64,000 nt of DNA. Origin: Leucoraja ocellata. Lineage: Eukaryota. Shown in pieces: positions 51,390 to 64,000 of the stretch. Made by a program: the position numbers and the translations under genes. The stretch is taken from positions 7,378,001 to 7,442,000 of the forward strand of contig JAWMAR010000030.1 in assembly GCA_036785375.1 (NCBI GenBank). The letters are read 5' to 3'. Position 1 is the first letter of the stretch; each line of letters begins with the position of its first letter. The notes below the pieces were generated by a model. It saw only the letters and a program-made list of their open reading frames with translations, was not told the DNA's origin and did no database searches.

Positions 51390-51870
51390 CAATCCCTCTG
51401 GGTCAAGAATAATTTGCTTCTACTGCATTTCTGAAAGTTCTAAGGTGGCTGATGAAGCCCAAGTGGGAACCAAGGACTAGCAAGCATGCAGCTTGTCTTT
51501 GACAGATTGGGCGAGTAGTTTGGTAGTTTATGCTCCTACTTTTCTTTATCAGCTTCCATTTGCTCCCAATCAAGGGACCTATTATTTTATCCTGTTAAAC
51601 ATTCCTTCTTCATTGCCAGGCTTTCCCATGAGTCAGTGGTATGATATACTTTTCAATGCAGCTTTGAAAAGATACTTGAATTGTTTTCTCTATTCATCTG
51701 GCAATCTCTTGCCTTGACGGTGCTCAGAATAGAGTGCCTGGTTCAGGAGCTTGCTGTCAAGATGTGCACAATGTGGTCTGCCACTGGAAACTGAGTGAGT
51801 GTTAGAGCCTCAATGCTGGGGCTGGGAGAGGGTGGCTGTCATAAGAGCAATCAGTTTGGCGGATTTGAAA
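51390..51870 (-). mobile_element. RTE/BovB-clade LINE 3' fragment (degraded)
   Basis: Minus strand gives PSIEAL..W.DH....D.KL.NQALYSE..QGKR....RKQFK...KA.LK across frameshifts. Confidence 0.6.
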
Positions 51871-51913
51871 AGACAATAATAATGATGACAAATTTTACAT
51901 TTTGTTCATTTAG

Positions 51914-52087
51914 ACGAAAATTACAGTAATCCCATGCGAAGTGAGTTGGATGAGCTGGAAGAGGAGATTAAAAGAAGAACTAAAGAGGAGGAACTGAGAA
52001 GAAAGAAACTGAGGGACAAGGAAGCAGCAATGGTATTTAATCCCCGACCGAGCAAGTTCATGGACCTGGATGAACTACAAAATCAGG
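51914..52087 (+). CDS. USP54: USP54 coding exon 14 (coiled coil)
   Basis: tttag|AC; [25 protein letters not shown]...[17 protein letters not shown]; G|gtgagt. Confidence 0.92.
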
Positions 52088-54015
52088 GTGAGTGCTTCCC
52101 TGCCACTTGGTGTGTGACCTGTAATATCACATTTATTTGAAGTTAATATGAACAGAAATGAATTTATGGCTAAACCTCTAGGCCTCTAATAAACTATCAC
52201 AGTAGAGATCTGATGCCGGCAATCCTTTCAGTTTTATACTGTCTCTACTCTTTAAGTGGAAGATCATTTGACCTAACTGTTGACTTCTGCAGTTCCCTGT
52301 GTTTGCCTATTCCATTTTGGTGAGCTTTTGAGACTATTGTGCTCCCCATATTCTTGGTACCATCATCATTGAAGTTCATATAGACTCCAAGGATTGTTGC
52401 TGAGTAGTCTGGGAATGATTGGTGTGAATGATAATATTTATGCCCACTGATTTCTCAATTTGGCTTTATGCTAGTCTGGTCAGAATATGTGATCTACAAA
52501 ACGATTAAATGAATAATGTCTGAAAGATAGTGTGCAATAGCAGAGGAAGGCAAATTTGCACTACCTCACAGAAGAGCTTGCTCAGCTTGAATCAACATAA
52601 CAGACCTTTGCAGCCGGCTTCAGTTGCTCAATAAATACCCGTTTTGCTTTGAAATATGAATGACTGGCTTGCAAAACAAAATCCACCAATATGGCTAAAA
52701 GGAAACACAGAGAAATAACTTGTATATTTCCATCTGTGTGCTCCCCATCAAAGTTTGTGGTTATAAGATACCTGCAAGTTGGAAAAATATCAATCTATAT
52801 AAAGGACATTGGTGAACAGGACTGCTTCATTTGTCAGTGTAATGTAGTTTGATGCTTTACAAAGGTTATGTCTATACACATTTGAAGTTTTGTTTTGGAA
52901 TTGGCGAAATCTCTCCGTAATCAAGGCAATGTTATCTTAGCTTCATTCAAACTATTACAAAAGTAAATTTACTCATGTTCACAGATTCATAGAGTTATAC
53001 AGCATGGAACCAAACCTTTTGGCCTTTCTTGTCCATATTGACAATTATGCCTATCTATGTTAATCCCATTAGTCTGTCTTTGGCCCATATCCCTCTGAAC
53101 ATTTCCTATCCATCTGCCTATCCAAATGTTTTTTAAACATAACTGTACTGCCTCTACTATTTCCCCTGGCTTATTGGTTTATTGCAGTTAGTCATACTTT
53201 ACTTGCATTGATTAAATTAGAATGAGATGTTGTTTTAACATAAATCCATGTTTTAATTTTCCTCATTTTCAACCACTTCCAAATCTCCCTTTCCTATTTC
53301 CCCCAAATTGGCCCTATAGTGGATTTGATCTGATTGTCACTGCATAACACATTGGTGTTTTTCAGTTTCTGTGTTGGTAGAGCTATTTCAATGTTACAGC
53401 TAGTAAAATAATGCAAAGCTGCATATATTGCAGGATTGGAGTTGGTGTGTTTTTAGTGAGGTGTGATCCACCCATCCAGCACTAATTATTTTCTGGACCA
53501 TGCATTGTTAAGATTCTGCTGCATTATTGCTCTGGTTATTACTCCAAAAGTGCAAAGATAGAATTGGTCCCTTTGTCACCACTTCAATTAAATGTATTAT
53601 CCTGGATTGCAAGAAGGAGCACATCTCTGATGGTTCCTTACGGATCTTGTGACTTTCTAATTTTGCAAATAAGAGGTAATTAAACCACATAATGGTTTAC
53701 TCATTTAACATCGCCTGTCCTTTTAAGGCTTCATAAACAAGGGTCTGGGTCTGAATTTAATTGCACTTTGGTGTGGGAAAGATAGATTGGAATGTGATTA
53801 TAAATGTCTCTCACCAGGTAAGCACTGCAGCTTGAAACTTTTAAGGCCCTCAAAGCTATAAAAAAAATGAATTTATAAATGTTCAAAGCAAAACATTTAG
53901 TTTGAAAGAATTAGTTCTTAATAAATTTTTGCCAGTGTTAAGTTTTGATATTGCATTTTAATAAATGTTTAATTTAGTGCATGTGCAAAAAAAAACCCTG
54001 CTGTTGCCTCTGCAG

Positions 54016-54135
54016 GGAAGACTGACAAGTTTGAGAGATCATTGCAGGAGGTAGACTCTCTATTAGAACAGTCTTTCCGTCTTGAACAGAAGGATGACTT
54101 GGCTGCAGCGCTCAATCTCTGCAATGAAGCTGTGT
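54016..54135 (+). CDS. USP54: USP54 coding exon 15 (MIT-like, part 1)
   Basis: tgcag|GG; [39 protein letters not shown]; T|gtaagt. Confidence 0.92.
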
Positions 54136-54988
54136 GTAAGTAACCCTAACTGCCTCTGCTGCTCGCAGACTAAATGCTGTGCTAACCAGTTATGAAATCC
54201 TGCCCACTATAATCTGTTCTTCGCTTGGATAGAAACGGAACCTAAACCAGTTATACCTTTTTTTCCCTTTATGTGCATGTCAAATTCCCAATTGGACAAT
54301 CTACATGTGGAAAAGTTGTCTTGAAATCATTTCATGAATACTTTAAGGATAATTTTTGTTTTGAATTGATAATTGAGTACCTGGATTTTCAAATTTAATA
54401 TACATAATAAAGTCTTGTTCTTTTAATTGTTCAGAACTATGGAAAGCTATTTAAATAATGTTTATCCTAAAATGCTCTTTTATGAGAAACATTTTATGTT
54501 AACTTCTCATTTGGTTTAAATCAAGGAGGTGCAAAACTAATTTATTTTCTTAAAATATATTGACAATAATTAATCTGACTGATAAGTTCAAACTTATGCT
54601 GTTTGGTACATTGAAAATACAGATTCTCAGTATTACAAATTGGCAGTTCATTTCACATTTCTTTCATGCTTTTGATCATTTCTATGTCTTTGAACAAGCC
54701 TAATTTCACTGAAGAGTAATGCTTGTGTCACATTCACTTTAATTTGGCTTTTGCTCAACTGTGTGGAGCCATATGTGTTCTTAATAAGATATGTGACTCA
54801 TTTGCATTTGATCTGACTTTTGATGATTTTCTTTACAACCATCATTTTTGTAATTAAAGCAGTATAACAATGCTGTCCCAAACACCGCTAACATTGCATC
54901 AGAGCATTTTGTGAGTTTCTCATACTTTTATAATTGCATGTTGTTTGAGTCTGCGTGTGCATTTTTTTTCTGCTGTTTTGCATTTTAG

Positions 54989-55154
54989 CTAAACTAAGAC
55001 TTGCTATGCATGAAGGCAGTGCCATCACACACAGCAGAGCCCTTGCTGATAAGAAGCTGCATATTTGCATGAAGAAGGTTCGAAGTCTGCAGGAGAGCAT
55101 GCAACCATCCACCCACTCCCCACCAACTGGGGACTCTGTGACTGAATGCAAAAG
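54989..55154 (+). CDS. USP54: USP54 coding exon 16 (MIT-like, part 2)
   Basis: tttag|CT; [35 protein letters not shown]...; AG|gtagta, phase 2. Confidence 0.9.
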
Positions 55155-55807
55155 GTAGTATCCTTAGGATTAAGAGGGGGCAATATATCAGGTGAATTAG
55201 GTTTGAGCTTAAAGGAAGCCATCCTGTGAAATAAGACATAGAAAGTTAGCCTTAGTTAAGCAAAATATACAAAAATCACAAGTAACATTTTTTCAAGATG
55301 CCATTTAAAAAGAGAAATTTGCAGAACTCCCGTGAAGTGCTATGGCACTTGTACGAATTAAAAGAGGTTGCTTCTTTGAATCTAAAATTGTAATAAAACA
55401 AAATTTTGTGCATATGTGCATTCATATTTTAAGTGATTTGAACAAAGGCTGCGTGGTGTAGGCCATTTCTTTGAGGTTTGTTATAATTTCAAATCCATTT
55501 AATCAGAATATTTGCAAATGTTAATTTGAAATGTGCATGGAGGCTCCACAGTGAACAACTCCACTGTAGTTTTCATTTCTTTGTGAATTTGAACAAGAAT
55601 TGATTTTAACCTTTTCCTCAGCAATTTCTTAGGTTTACTGCAAAATTACTCTTTTTGAAATAAATTGGATGCTGATATAGGATTTTAATGTGCAGTTTAA
55701 TTAAACGTATTTGTTGGTGGAGATGTGCAAGCAGTATGTGTGTTGTGTGTGGCCACTGTAAATTATTCACAATAAAATTTTGGAAGTAACACCATTCTTT
55801 ATTTCAG

Positions 55808-57300
55808 TATGCAGGCTGGCCAGGTCCAAATACTGTTAGCATCGGAGAGAGTAATGGAACCCATCAGTGAGCCAGACCACAGGCCCAAACCTTCCCGTGC
55901 CCTGCCAGCCTCCCATCACCAGCTACAAGTCCAACATGCATCCCAGTTACACAGCCCTCACTCCGAATCGCATGGCCAAGCTTCTGCTACATCGACTTCT
56001 GAACTAAAATGGAACCAATCTGCCAGCTATACCAATGAGCTTCCGTCTTTCCGCAAATGCAATTGGGTTCAAGGGGAGAAGGTGGAGGAGAAATGTGTAA
56101 GTGGTGCAGTGAACATGTGTCAGGTGAAAAATAATGATGAACCAGTGGACGAGTCACTGGACTGTTTCCCACACAATTACAAACTGAAAATGAACAAACA
56201 TGGCTCCTTGCCTTTGCTTACTTCTGAATATGGAGACATAAGTCACACATTTTCCTCACCATCTCCCCACTGTCAGGTGTTGACACCAAGAGATGAAATA
56301 GATTTGTATCCAAAGATCAAGCCTCATTCTCTGTATTTCAATTCAAGGCAACTTGAATTGAACACGACTGATACCAGTATATCTCCATCTACAACTTTGT
56401 CGTCCACGAACTTGAAGTGGACCTCTGACCAACCTTCTACTCCTGAAGCAATTTTGAATTTGGAGTTCAACTCAAAGATTGAAGGTACCCATTCACCAAA
56501 GATCAAGACAACAGTTGATATGGGTAATGTACAGTCAACAACAGCACAGATTCAAAGATTAAATGCAACGCTGGGCCAGGGAAATGAAGATGTTAATTAC
56601 AAAAGAGTGCATTCCAATTCTCGGCCAAAGAAAATGGATCAGGAAGTATTGCAGCTACCTCTGAATAATAATCAACAGGTAGTGTTTCTTCAGAGCAAGG
56701 ATCAGTTGGACAGTGAAAAGTGGCCTATTGACAGCTTGTATTCTTCCCAGGTTTCAGATGCACCATTAGATTGTAAAACTGAGGCACCTGCTCCTCTACC
56801 AGTACCTTCATACAGACCAAAGACAAATACTGTTGCAAGAGATCTGAGCTGCCATTCTGGTGCATCAGATTTTCTATCTGACCCTCCAACAGATGATACA
56901 TGTGATCAAAAATACCAACGTATTGTCCAGTCACTTTTCGGAGACACCTGTTTAAACAACAACTCTGGTCCGATTAGACAGCAGCATGAACATTCCACAA
57001 GTTCTCCTGTACCTGTAGACCACTGGATTGATGATATAAGAAAACATTATGTGCCTCGGTCAGATTGCCGAAACAGTGAACAGCAACACCTGCATAGTAA
57101 ACAGCCCAGCCAAGAAAGTAACACGCATGGTCATGGGCAACAAATGCAGTTGATTAATGCTAAAGATCAGGACATACAGCTGGAGTTTTCAGAGCTGGAA
57201 TCCCTCTATCAAGCAAGTCTGCAAGCTTCGGATAATAGGAGATACTTACCAGGTAGACAATTGGCCGAGAAAGTCACCAGGCAAAGTAGCGTTAAACCAG
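55808..57300 (+). CDS. USP54: USP54 coding exon 17 (large, low-complexity/disordered)
   Basis: ttcag|T; 1493-nt open exon within ORF 55809..57401; contains ELESLYQASLQA; CAG|gtgaga, phase 1. Confidence 0.88.
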
Positions 57301-59204
57301 GTGAGAAGATGCAACATGTAGTGAACAAAAAATATTGCTGCATATTTTATGGAAAGTGGGACATGAGTTTGGATGTACTGTTTATGGTATTCAGTAGCTA
57401 ATGACCAATTACCCAAGCATTCAAAGTCTCGTGTAGGATCTGAGAATTTGTTTTCTGAGAAGGCACGAAGGAAAGATCTATTACTTTTCTAAATTACAGT
57501 AAAATTTGGATTAATAATTAAATCTCATTATTACTAGGTATCCTCCTGTCTGCTTCACTATTTTAGTGAGTTTGCAAATCGTTCAAATAGATCTTGACTG
57601 TGGTAAAGAAGAAAAATTCTTGATTTTTATTCTCCACATTTAGTTTGACCATCGTTCTACTTCCTGGCCCCTATTATTTCCACCCTGTGTCGCATGAACT
57701 GCTATCAATATGCACTTCTAGCAAACACAAAGGCCACCTTGTTTTCTTGCAAACTACTGTTTCATTTTTAAACTCTTTTGCCTCAAGTTGCTGAACACGT
57801 TGCCACTACCCAAATCCATATCCCCTTTTTATACCTGATTCAGTTTTAGCAATGATCAGCAATGCCATTTTGACCATGAGCACAATTAATCACTTGTGCA
57901 ACCTAGTCAGTCTCTATTTTCAATAAATGCCCAGGCATATCTCCTTCGATCATTGCCTTTGGATCACTGTTCTTTTCTCATATCTTGAATTATTTTCCTA
58001 TTGATTGTAATACACCATCTTGCAAAGGTGACCGTTCCTGTCTTTGAACTGGTATTTTGGAATCCCTGAGGGTTGACCTTTGATCAGCTGTATCTTAACC
58101 CTTGATGACATTATTCATTAACATGTACATACATTACCATGTGCATTATGTTGGTAATGTTTGTAAGATAAAAACAGCAGTTGAATGGCAGAGTAGACTT
58201 GATGGGCCGGATTCTCTTCCTATCAGTTACGAACATGAACAGTACATCCTTAAAGTACCTAGCCAATCCGCACATATGAAGGGTGAAACAGTTAATGCTA
58301 CTTCCTTCACAGCTGCAGATTGACTTTCTACGCATTTCCAGTATTTTGTCATTATTCCAGATTCCCTGAATATGTAGTTTACGGCTTTTTGCAATTTTTG
58401 TTGTTTTTTTCTCTCTACTTCTATCTTTAACACATAATGCCACCTTTAGTTTAGTTTGAATTTATTTCTGATTGATTTCCAGTTGGTTGGTTGTCCTTGA
58501 GTTTATAGAAAGGTTGTGCTATAAGTAACGTATAACATGTACATCTTGGTAAAGGGGATGAAATAACCATTGCTTCAGTGGAATGAATTGAGTACAGCAA
58601 TTTATAATCTCGAATAGCTTAATAAAAATTGCAGAGTAGAATGAAGAAGTTTGGTGATCGTATGAGCTTGAACTGTTCCTTGGCCCACATAAAACAATTT
58701 CTACTGCAGCTGCAAGTTGCACACTGCTTCCTTCCTGGATTATCACCATCCTTCCCAGTCATACTCCCTGTTACCTCTACCTCCAGATCTTAACTGCATA
58801 CATGACACATGTTGCCAATCCCCAGCTGTGGATGCACACCTGTCCACATTTCCAACCTTATCTCTGACATTACTATTGCATTTATTTATCTTTTTATCTA
58901 ATTTCACATAGACTGGCAAACATTGATGTTACAGACTGACATTAGTCCACAGACCTCTTGTTGAGGAACACTAGAAAAGAGCACAATTACCAGAGGACCT
59001 AGGACCACCGTTGAAATATCTGGGACCTTTTTTGATGTTTCAGCAGTGTTTAGGGGATGCAGTGCTTTCATAATGAAGCTGTATGTGTTTTATGACATAG
59101 TAGATCATCCTTTGGAGGCCAATTTATTTAAAATCAATAATCTAACTACACTTGGATACTTTAAATAAAGGAAATGTTAATATTTCTGATGTGTGTGCCA
59201 ATAG

Positions 59205-59323
59205 TTTCTGCACAAAACGCTACAAGAAAACACTTCTCTCCGCCTGAAAGAGGGCGATCAAAGACTCCGACTGCAGAGATTGAGCGCAGTGCTTATCGAG
59301 CAGCTGTACCAGTGAGCACAAAG
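59205..59323 (+). CDS. USP54: USP54 coding exon 18
   Basis: aatag|TT; SAQNATRKHFSPPERGRSKTPTAEIERSAYRAAVPVSTK; AAG|gtacgt; phases 1 to 0 fit. Confidence 0.75.
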
Positions 59324-59684
59324 GTACGTGATAGCTTTGTAAGACACGGCACGTATTGTTCCTTACTTGTTATAAATTTCATTCTGAATTGAATTGAAGT
59401 TTAATCTGCTTTTAAATATGATGCAATGTGCTAGGTTCAACTATTTATGTTAAATTGTTGCTTTCTCTCAGGCTGTTCATGTTTAATGGTGCGAATAAAT
59501 AGTGTATTAGGGTAAATTGTGCATATCTAACAGCTTAAAGTCTTTGGTTACCATTTTGAAAGATATATCTTGATCTTTTGAGAGAAAGTTTGATTTATCA
59601 AAATGATTCTTCTGTCGGGCAAATTAAAACACTGTGCCAATCTTCTCGTGAAGAATCTGTGGAATAATCCAAATGAAATATAAA

Positions 59685-60721
59685 TGGTTGCATCGTGGCT
59701 TGGTTTGGCAACTTAAGCTCCCAGGAGCTGAAAAAGATGCAGAAAGTTGTAACCACTGCCCAGTCCATCATTGGCTCTGACCTCACCACCATCTAAGGGA
59801 TCTATTGCAGTTGCTGCCTCAAAAAGGCAGCCAACATCATCAAGGACCCACACCATCCTGGCTTTGCACTCATCTCTCCGCTACCATCGGGCAGAAATGT
59901 ACAGGAGCATGAAATCTGTTACATCCAGGTTCAGGAACAGCTCCTTCCCCACAGCCATCAGGCTATTAAACTCGCCAACAAACAGACTCTGAACTGTAAC
60001 AGCCTATTGCACTTTATATAACCATATAACAATTACAGCACGGAAACAGGCCATCTCTACCCTTCTAGTCCGTGCCGAACACGTATTCTCCCCTAGTCCC
60101 ATCTACCTGCACTCCGACCATAACCCTCCATTCCTTTCCCGTCCATATAACTATCCAATTTATTTTTAAATGATAAAATCGAACCTGCCTCCACCACCTT
60201 CACTGGAAGCTCATTCCACACAGCTACCTCTCTCTGAATAAAGAAGTTCCCCCTCATGTTACCCCTAAACTTCTGTCCCTTAATTCTCAAGTCATGTCCT
60301 CTTGTTTGAATCTTCCCTACTCTCAGTGGGAAAATCTTATCCACGTCAACTCTGTCTATCCCTCTCATCATTTTAAAGCCCTCTATCAAGTCCCCCCTTA
60401 ACCTTCTGCGCTCCAAAGAATAAAGACATAACTTGTTCAACCTTTCTCTGTAACTTAGTTGCTGAAACCCAGGCAACATTCTAGTAAATATCTGCTTATT
60501 TATGTGTATATTGAACTGAACTGTTTAAGAAGGAACTGCAGATGCTGGAAAATCGAAGGTAGACAAAAGTGCTGGAGAAACTCATTGGGTGCAGCAGCAT
60601 TTATGGAGCTGAACTGTTCTGTATTTTTGCTCACAATATTCTGTTGTGCTGCAGCAAGCAAGAATTTCATTGTCCTATCTGGGGCACATGACAATAAACT
60701 GTCTTGACTTGAGTTGACTTG
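59685..60721 (+). mobile_element. Rex1/Babar LINE 3' fragment interrupted by CR1 and PLE insertions
   Basis: YRSMKSVTSRFRNSSFPTAIRLLN; 3'UTR resumes at about 60490; ends tgacaataaac..(cttga)n. Confidence 0.75.
60016..60488 (-). mobile_element. CR1 LINE 3' fragment
   Basis: ORF 60093..60479: MLPG..LSYRERLNKL.LYSLERRRLRGDLIE..TRGH..FF.QR.V..WN.LP. Confidence 0.9.
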
Positions 60722-61029
60722 AAAATACTCAGCAAATCAAGCTGCATCTGTGGAGAGAGAAACAGATTTAATGCTTCAGGTCAATGAACTCTCATGAATA
60801 AATTGGAAATAAAGCTGTTTCTAATGAATGCATTTTAAGGCTGCTCGAGAAATAGCCATTGATGTTGAAGGGAAATGAGTCCAAGTGAAGAATATGTATG
60901 CATTTGTATCATTGGAAAGCAGCTAGTCAAATTAATTAGGGCATGAGTTAACAGATTTTAGAACTTTTCCTAAACTGTTCTCCAGTTTTTACTTTAAAAT
61001 GTATTTATGTGTACATCTCATTTTATAAG

Positions 61030-61170
61030 GTGCATTTCAATGAGTTTTCTCCAAGAGAAAACTTGGAAAATGACAGTTACAGTGCAGAGAATTTCCGTCG
61101 TATTGCTCGCAGCCTGAGTGGAACCATCCTCGCCCACAGAGAGAATCCTGTGGTTATTCCTCACAGTATC
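61030..61170 (+). CDS. USP54: USP54 coding exon 19
   Basis: ataag|GTG; ...YSAENFRRIARSLSGTILAHRE...HSI; |gtaagt. Confidence 0.88.
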
Positions 61171-61314
61171 GTAAGTAAAACATCCTGCGGCAACAAAGGC
61201 ATAAAATGGCTGCCTGAATTGGCCTTGAGTGAATTGAATACATTTTAACCAGTTTATTTCCTTTGTCTCCATGAAATGTTTTTTCATTTTGTCATTGTTC
61301 GCTTATGTTGGAAG

Positions 61315-61510
61315 GAAACAACAAATGTGAGAAAACAAGTGGAGCCTCAAAACAGATCAGTCAGTTCCTCTTCATTGACTGCGACCAAAGGCCCCTCCCC
61401 TGATCCTCTTGTGTTAGCCTCCTACCCTCAACATCATCCCTTCCTACCACAACACCTCTCGTTTGATCCACTTCAGCCCAACATGTCTGGTGATGCAAAC
61501 AGAGCTTCAG
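61315..61510 (+). CDS. USP54: USP54 coding exon 20
   Basis: ggaag|GAA; ETTNVRKQVE...SSSSL...PNMSGDANRAS; G|gtaatc, phase 1. Confidence 0.82.
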
Positions 61511-62026
61511 GTAATCCTGCTTGCACAAAATACTATCATTTATGTCTTTTTCAGTGTACATTTGTCCAAACGTTTGTCTATAAAGCCCTTGTCTAGCTAG
61601 TGCTAATTTCATATGGTACTATTTCACATATATATCAGTATTAAGATATCAAATTAGGATGTGTTTAAACTGTTCACCGTGCTATTCGCGCATGTATTTT
61701 GCAACATAAGATTTGTTTGATCATTTGCTGGCATTCAGCATATGCCAATAAATCGGAAAATTGTACAATTTCTGACATGATTGTGCCATTTATTTTTATT
61801 CTGTAGTAAGATTCAAAATGTTTAAATAGCTAGAAACACACATGCAGTCTTGCTGTGGATTAAATCCAATGGATCATGAATGACTGCAGTAATGCAGCAC
61901 ACAGGGCAGCAAAATGGCTCTACAGTTAGCACTGCTGCCTCACAGGTTCTGGGTTCAGTTGGAAATTCTGTGGTGATTCCTGTGATCTGATAGTATTTCA
62001 GCAAATGATTGGCTAGGACAGCCATG

Positions 62027-62600
62027 TAGAACATAGAACAGAAAGCACTAATAGGCCCTTCATCTCAGAATGTCTGTTGCCACCAAAGATGCCAACTAAA
62101 ACTAACCCTATCTGCCTGCCTGTGATCCATATGCCTCTCTTCCCTGCATGTTCATGTGCCTTTTAAACGTCATTATCATGACTGCTTCCAGAACCCGCCC
62201 TGGTACTGTGTTCCAGGCACCTTCCAATTTCTGTGTAACAAAAAACTTGCATTGCATATGTCTTTTAAACTCTCCCCCCCCCCCCCCCATCTTAAACATT
62301 TGCATTCCAGTGTTTGATATTTTTACCCCATCTATGTTTCTCATAATTTTATGAAATTCTATCACATCTCCTCTTAGCTCCCCTTAGTTGTTGATACCCT
62401 TTTGAAAATAATCCAGATTTCTTCATCCTCTCATTATAGCGAATACTCTCTAGTCCAGGCGATACCCTGGTGCACTCTTTTACACCCTTTTCAAAGCCTC
62501 CACATCCTTCCTTTAAAGGGAAAACTAGAACTGCATGCAATACACCAAATGTGTTCAAACCAAAGTTTTATAAAGATGCAACATGACTTACTATACTGCC
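62027..62600 (-). mobile_element. Older CR1 3' fragment
   Basis: tagaacatagaac tail; degraded IE..KIMR.ID..FF.TQ...AWN..PG.V.EA..TFKRH. Confidence 0.8.
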
Positions 62601-62936
62601 TCAGTGGATGAGTTCTTCAGTGTGACATTCTCTTTGGTTCCTCTTTTATCTCCTTAGTCATGTCTGAAATATAGTAACTGGGCAAAAGCCAGAATATCAC
62701 AATTCCATGCACTAATCCAGGGTCTAAATTCATCTCCCTTACCCATAACACTCCTTGCATTGGAACGTGTGCACTTCAGCCCATCAGAGCAAATGTTATT
62801 TATTTCATCAAGGTCTCTATTAGTTATGGTGAATGACTGAAGGATTAGTCTGAAGAATTGGAGTAGAATGTTGTTATTGCTGTTTTGATCTGATCAATAT
62901 AATGATCTTAATTTACGCGTTTTTTGTGGAAAATAG

Positions 62937-63643
62937 ACAAGAACATCGAAAAACTACTGGCTGTGTTTGACCGGGGTGAAGCTCTCAACCACGAGAACTA
63001 CCAGAGTGTTGCAGTGAACTATGGTACTTTGCCACGCTCGGAGAAGAGAATAACCTTAGGACAGAGACCCATCAGGAAAGACCAGATTAATGTTGCAAAC
63101 ATAATCAAGCAGAGAATTACTCAAGCAGTTCTTCCTGATAAGGCAAAGGTCGAACAACTTTGCAAAGATCCACCAAGCATGGCAACACTGAGCAGGTCAC
63201 CATATCAAACCACACCTGAGGTGCTTGATAGTTTTGACACTTTTCCTGGGAATTACAGATTGAGGCATGGCATTGGCCAGAATACTTCTCCAAAAGGCAA
63301 CTTCATGACAAATACTTTGGAACCTCAGAAATCTTGCTTTAAGTCTCCACGGTCCACTGTTTCAGGTCCTCTCCGTCTTGATGTACCTCCTGATGAGGAT
63401 TGGAGGAAGACAGTTTACACCCAGTCTCAGCACAGTGATAGGAGGTGTTTGCCCAGCAGAACTGTTGCAAGGACCAATGGTACTGGTGTGTATTCAAGGA
63501 GGCCATTAGCTGAACAGACTACTTCACGACCTGCCACCAGAGGTCGCCCGTGTGCTCTATGCCAGCTGGTTCTCACAGATGCTGGTGAGGTCTACTGCCA
63601 GAACTGCAGTCAGTATATGGCACGATTTAAACAACGACACTGA
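62937..63643 (+). CDS. USP54: USP54 terminal coding exon 21
   Basis: aatag|AC, phase 1; LLAVFDRGE...NYGTLPR...GPLRLDVPPDEDWR...CALC-x11-CQNC; TGA at 63641-63643. Confidence 0.88.
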
Positions 63644-63862
63644 CCTTTGTGATCAGGCCAAAACCAATGATGGGTTTCGCGGCAATTATCTTAAAGTAGA
63701 CTAATGCTGGGACTAAAAACTGATATTGCTACTAACTGAATGTATAGTAACTCTGTAAAAGTTATCACTTATCAGCTGTGATATTGAGAATTGATAGTGC
63801 GTTTAATGATTAGTATAAATGAAAACTGATGAAGGCTTGAGATAGAATTATTTAAATTATAA

Positions 63863-63868
63863 AATAAA
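63863..63868 (+). promoter_or_regulatory. Candidate polyadenylation signal AATAAA
   Basis: Hexamer 220 nt after the stop codon. The context is AT-rich, so it may be a chance match. Confidence 0.3.
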
Positions 63869-64000
63869 AAATATTTGGTTATTATTTAGAAATTAAGTTT
63901 GAAGTTCTGATGCTGGATGTAGCAACTGCACTGCTATCCTGCAGATGTACATAATTATTGCAATTCTGCAATGTAATCTGACCAAGTAGTCTCTAGACAC

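Larger units (their letters stand above)
5049..63643 (+). other. USP54: USP54 gene span, start to stop codon (21 coding exons, 1802 aa predicted)
   Basis: Exon translations match recalled vertebrate USP54 (MSW.., [64 protein letters not shown], ..PPD.DWR). All introns are GT-AG, phases are consistent and the exon lengths sum to 5409 nt. Confidence 0.95.

Noticed and set aside
55809-57401. 530-aa ORF as a stand-alone single-exon gene
   Set aside because: Bounded by in-phase splice sites and carries USP54-like motifs; it is exon 17.

Overview
Eukaryotic (vertebrate) genomic DNA. The repeat content (HE1-type V-SINEs, CR1/HER1-like LINEs, Penelope-like elements) points to a cartilaginous fish such as a skate or ray; this is an inference. 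The window holds the apparently complete coding region of one + strand gene, USP54. I assembled 21 coding exons by hand (5049..63643). All introns are GT-AG with matching phases, and the CDS is 5409 nt, or 1802 aa: N-terminal USP domain, disordered middle, MIT-like helices and a C-terminal CxxC-x11-CxxC motif. The introns are full of transposons: a young 5'-truncated CR1 LINE with an intact APE+RT ORF2 and an SGNH-esterase ORF1, nested in an older CR1; Rex1/Babar and RTE fragments; V-SINEs; two PIF/Harbinger-type MITEs; and Penelope-like GIY-YIG fragments. There is one 264-N assembly gap. I found no convincing new multi-gene system. The best leads are short fold-back Penelope-derived insertions with 14-15 bp target-site duplications and hammerhead-like cores (one carries an inverted copy of its own target site in the spacer), the C-terminal zinc-finger-like motif of USP54, a tandemly duplicated splice acceptor that would create a poison exon extension, a 64-bp near-perfect palindrome, and a non-autonomous GC-rich element with a Rex1-type tail. 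All family assignments come from recognition, not database searches.
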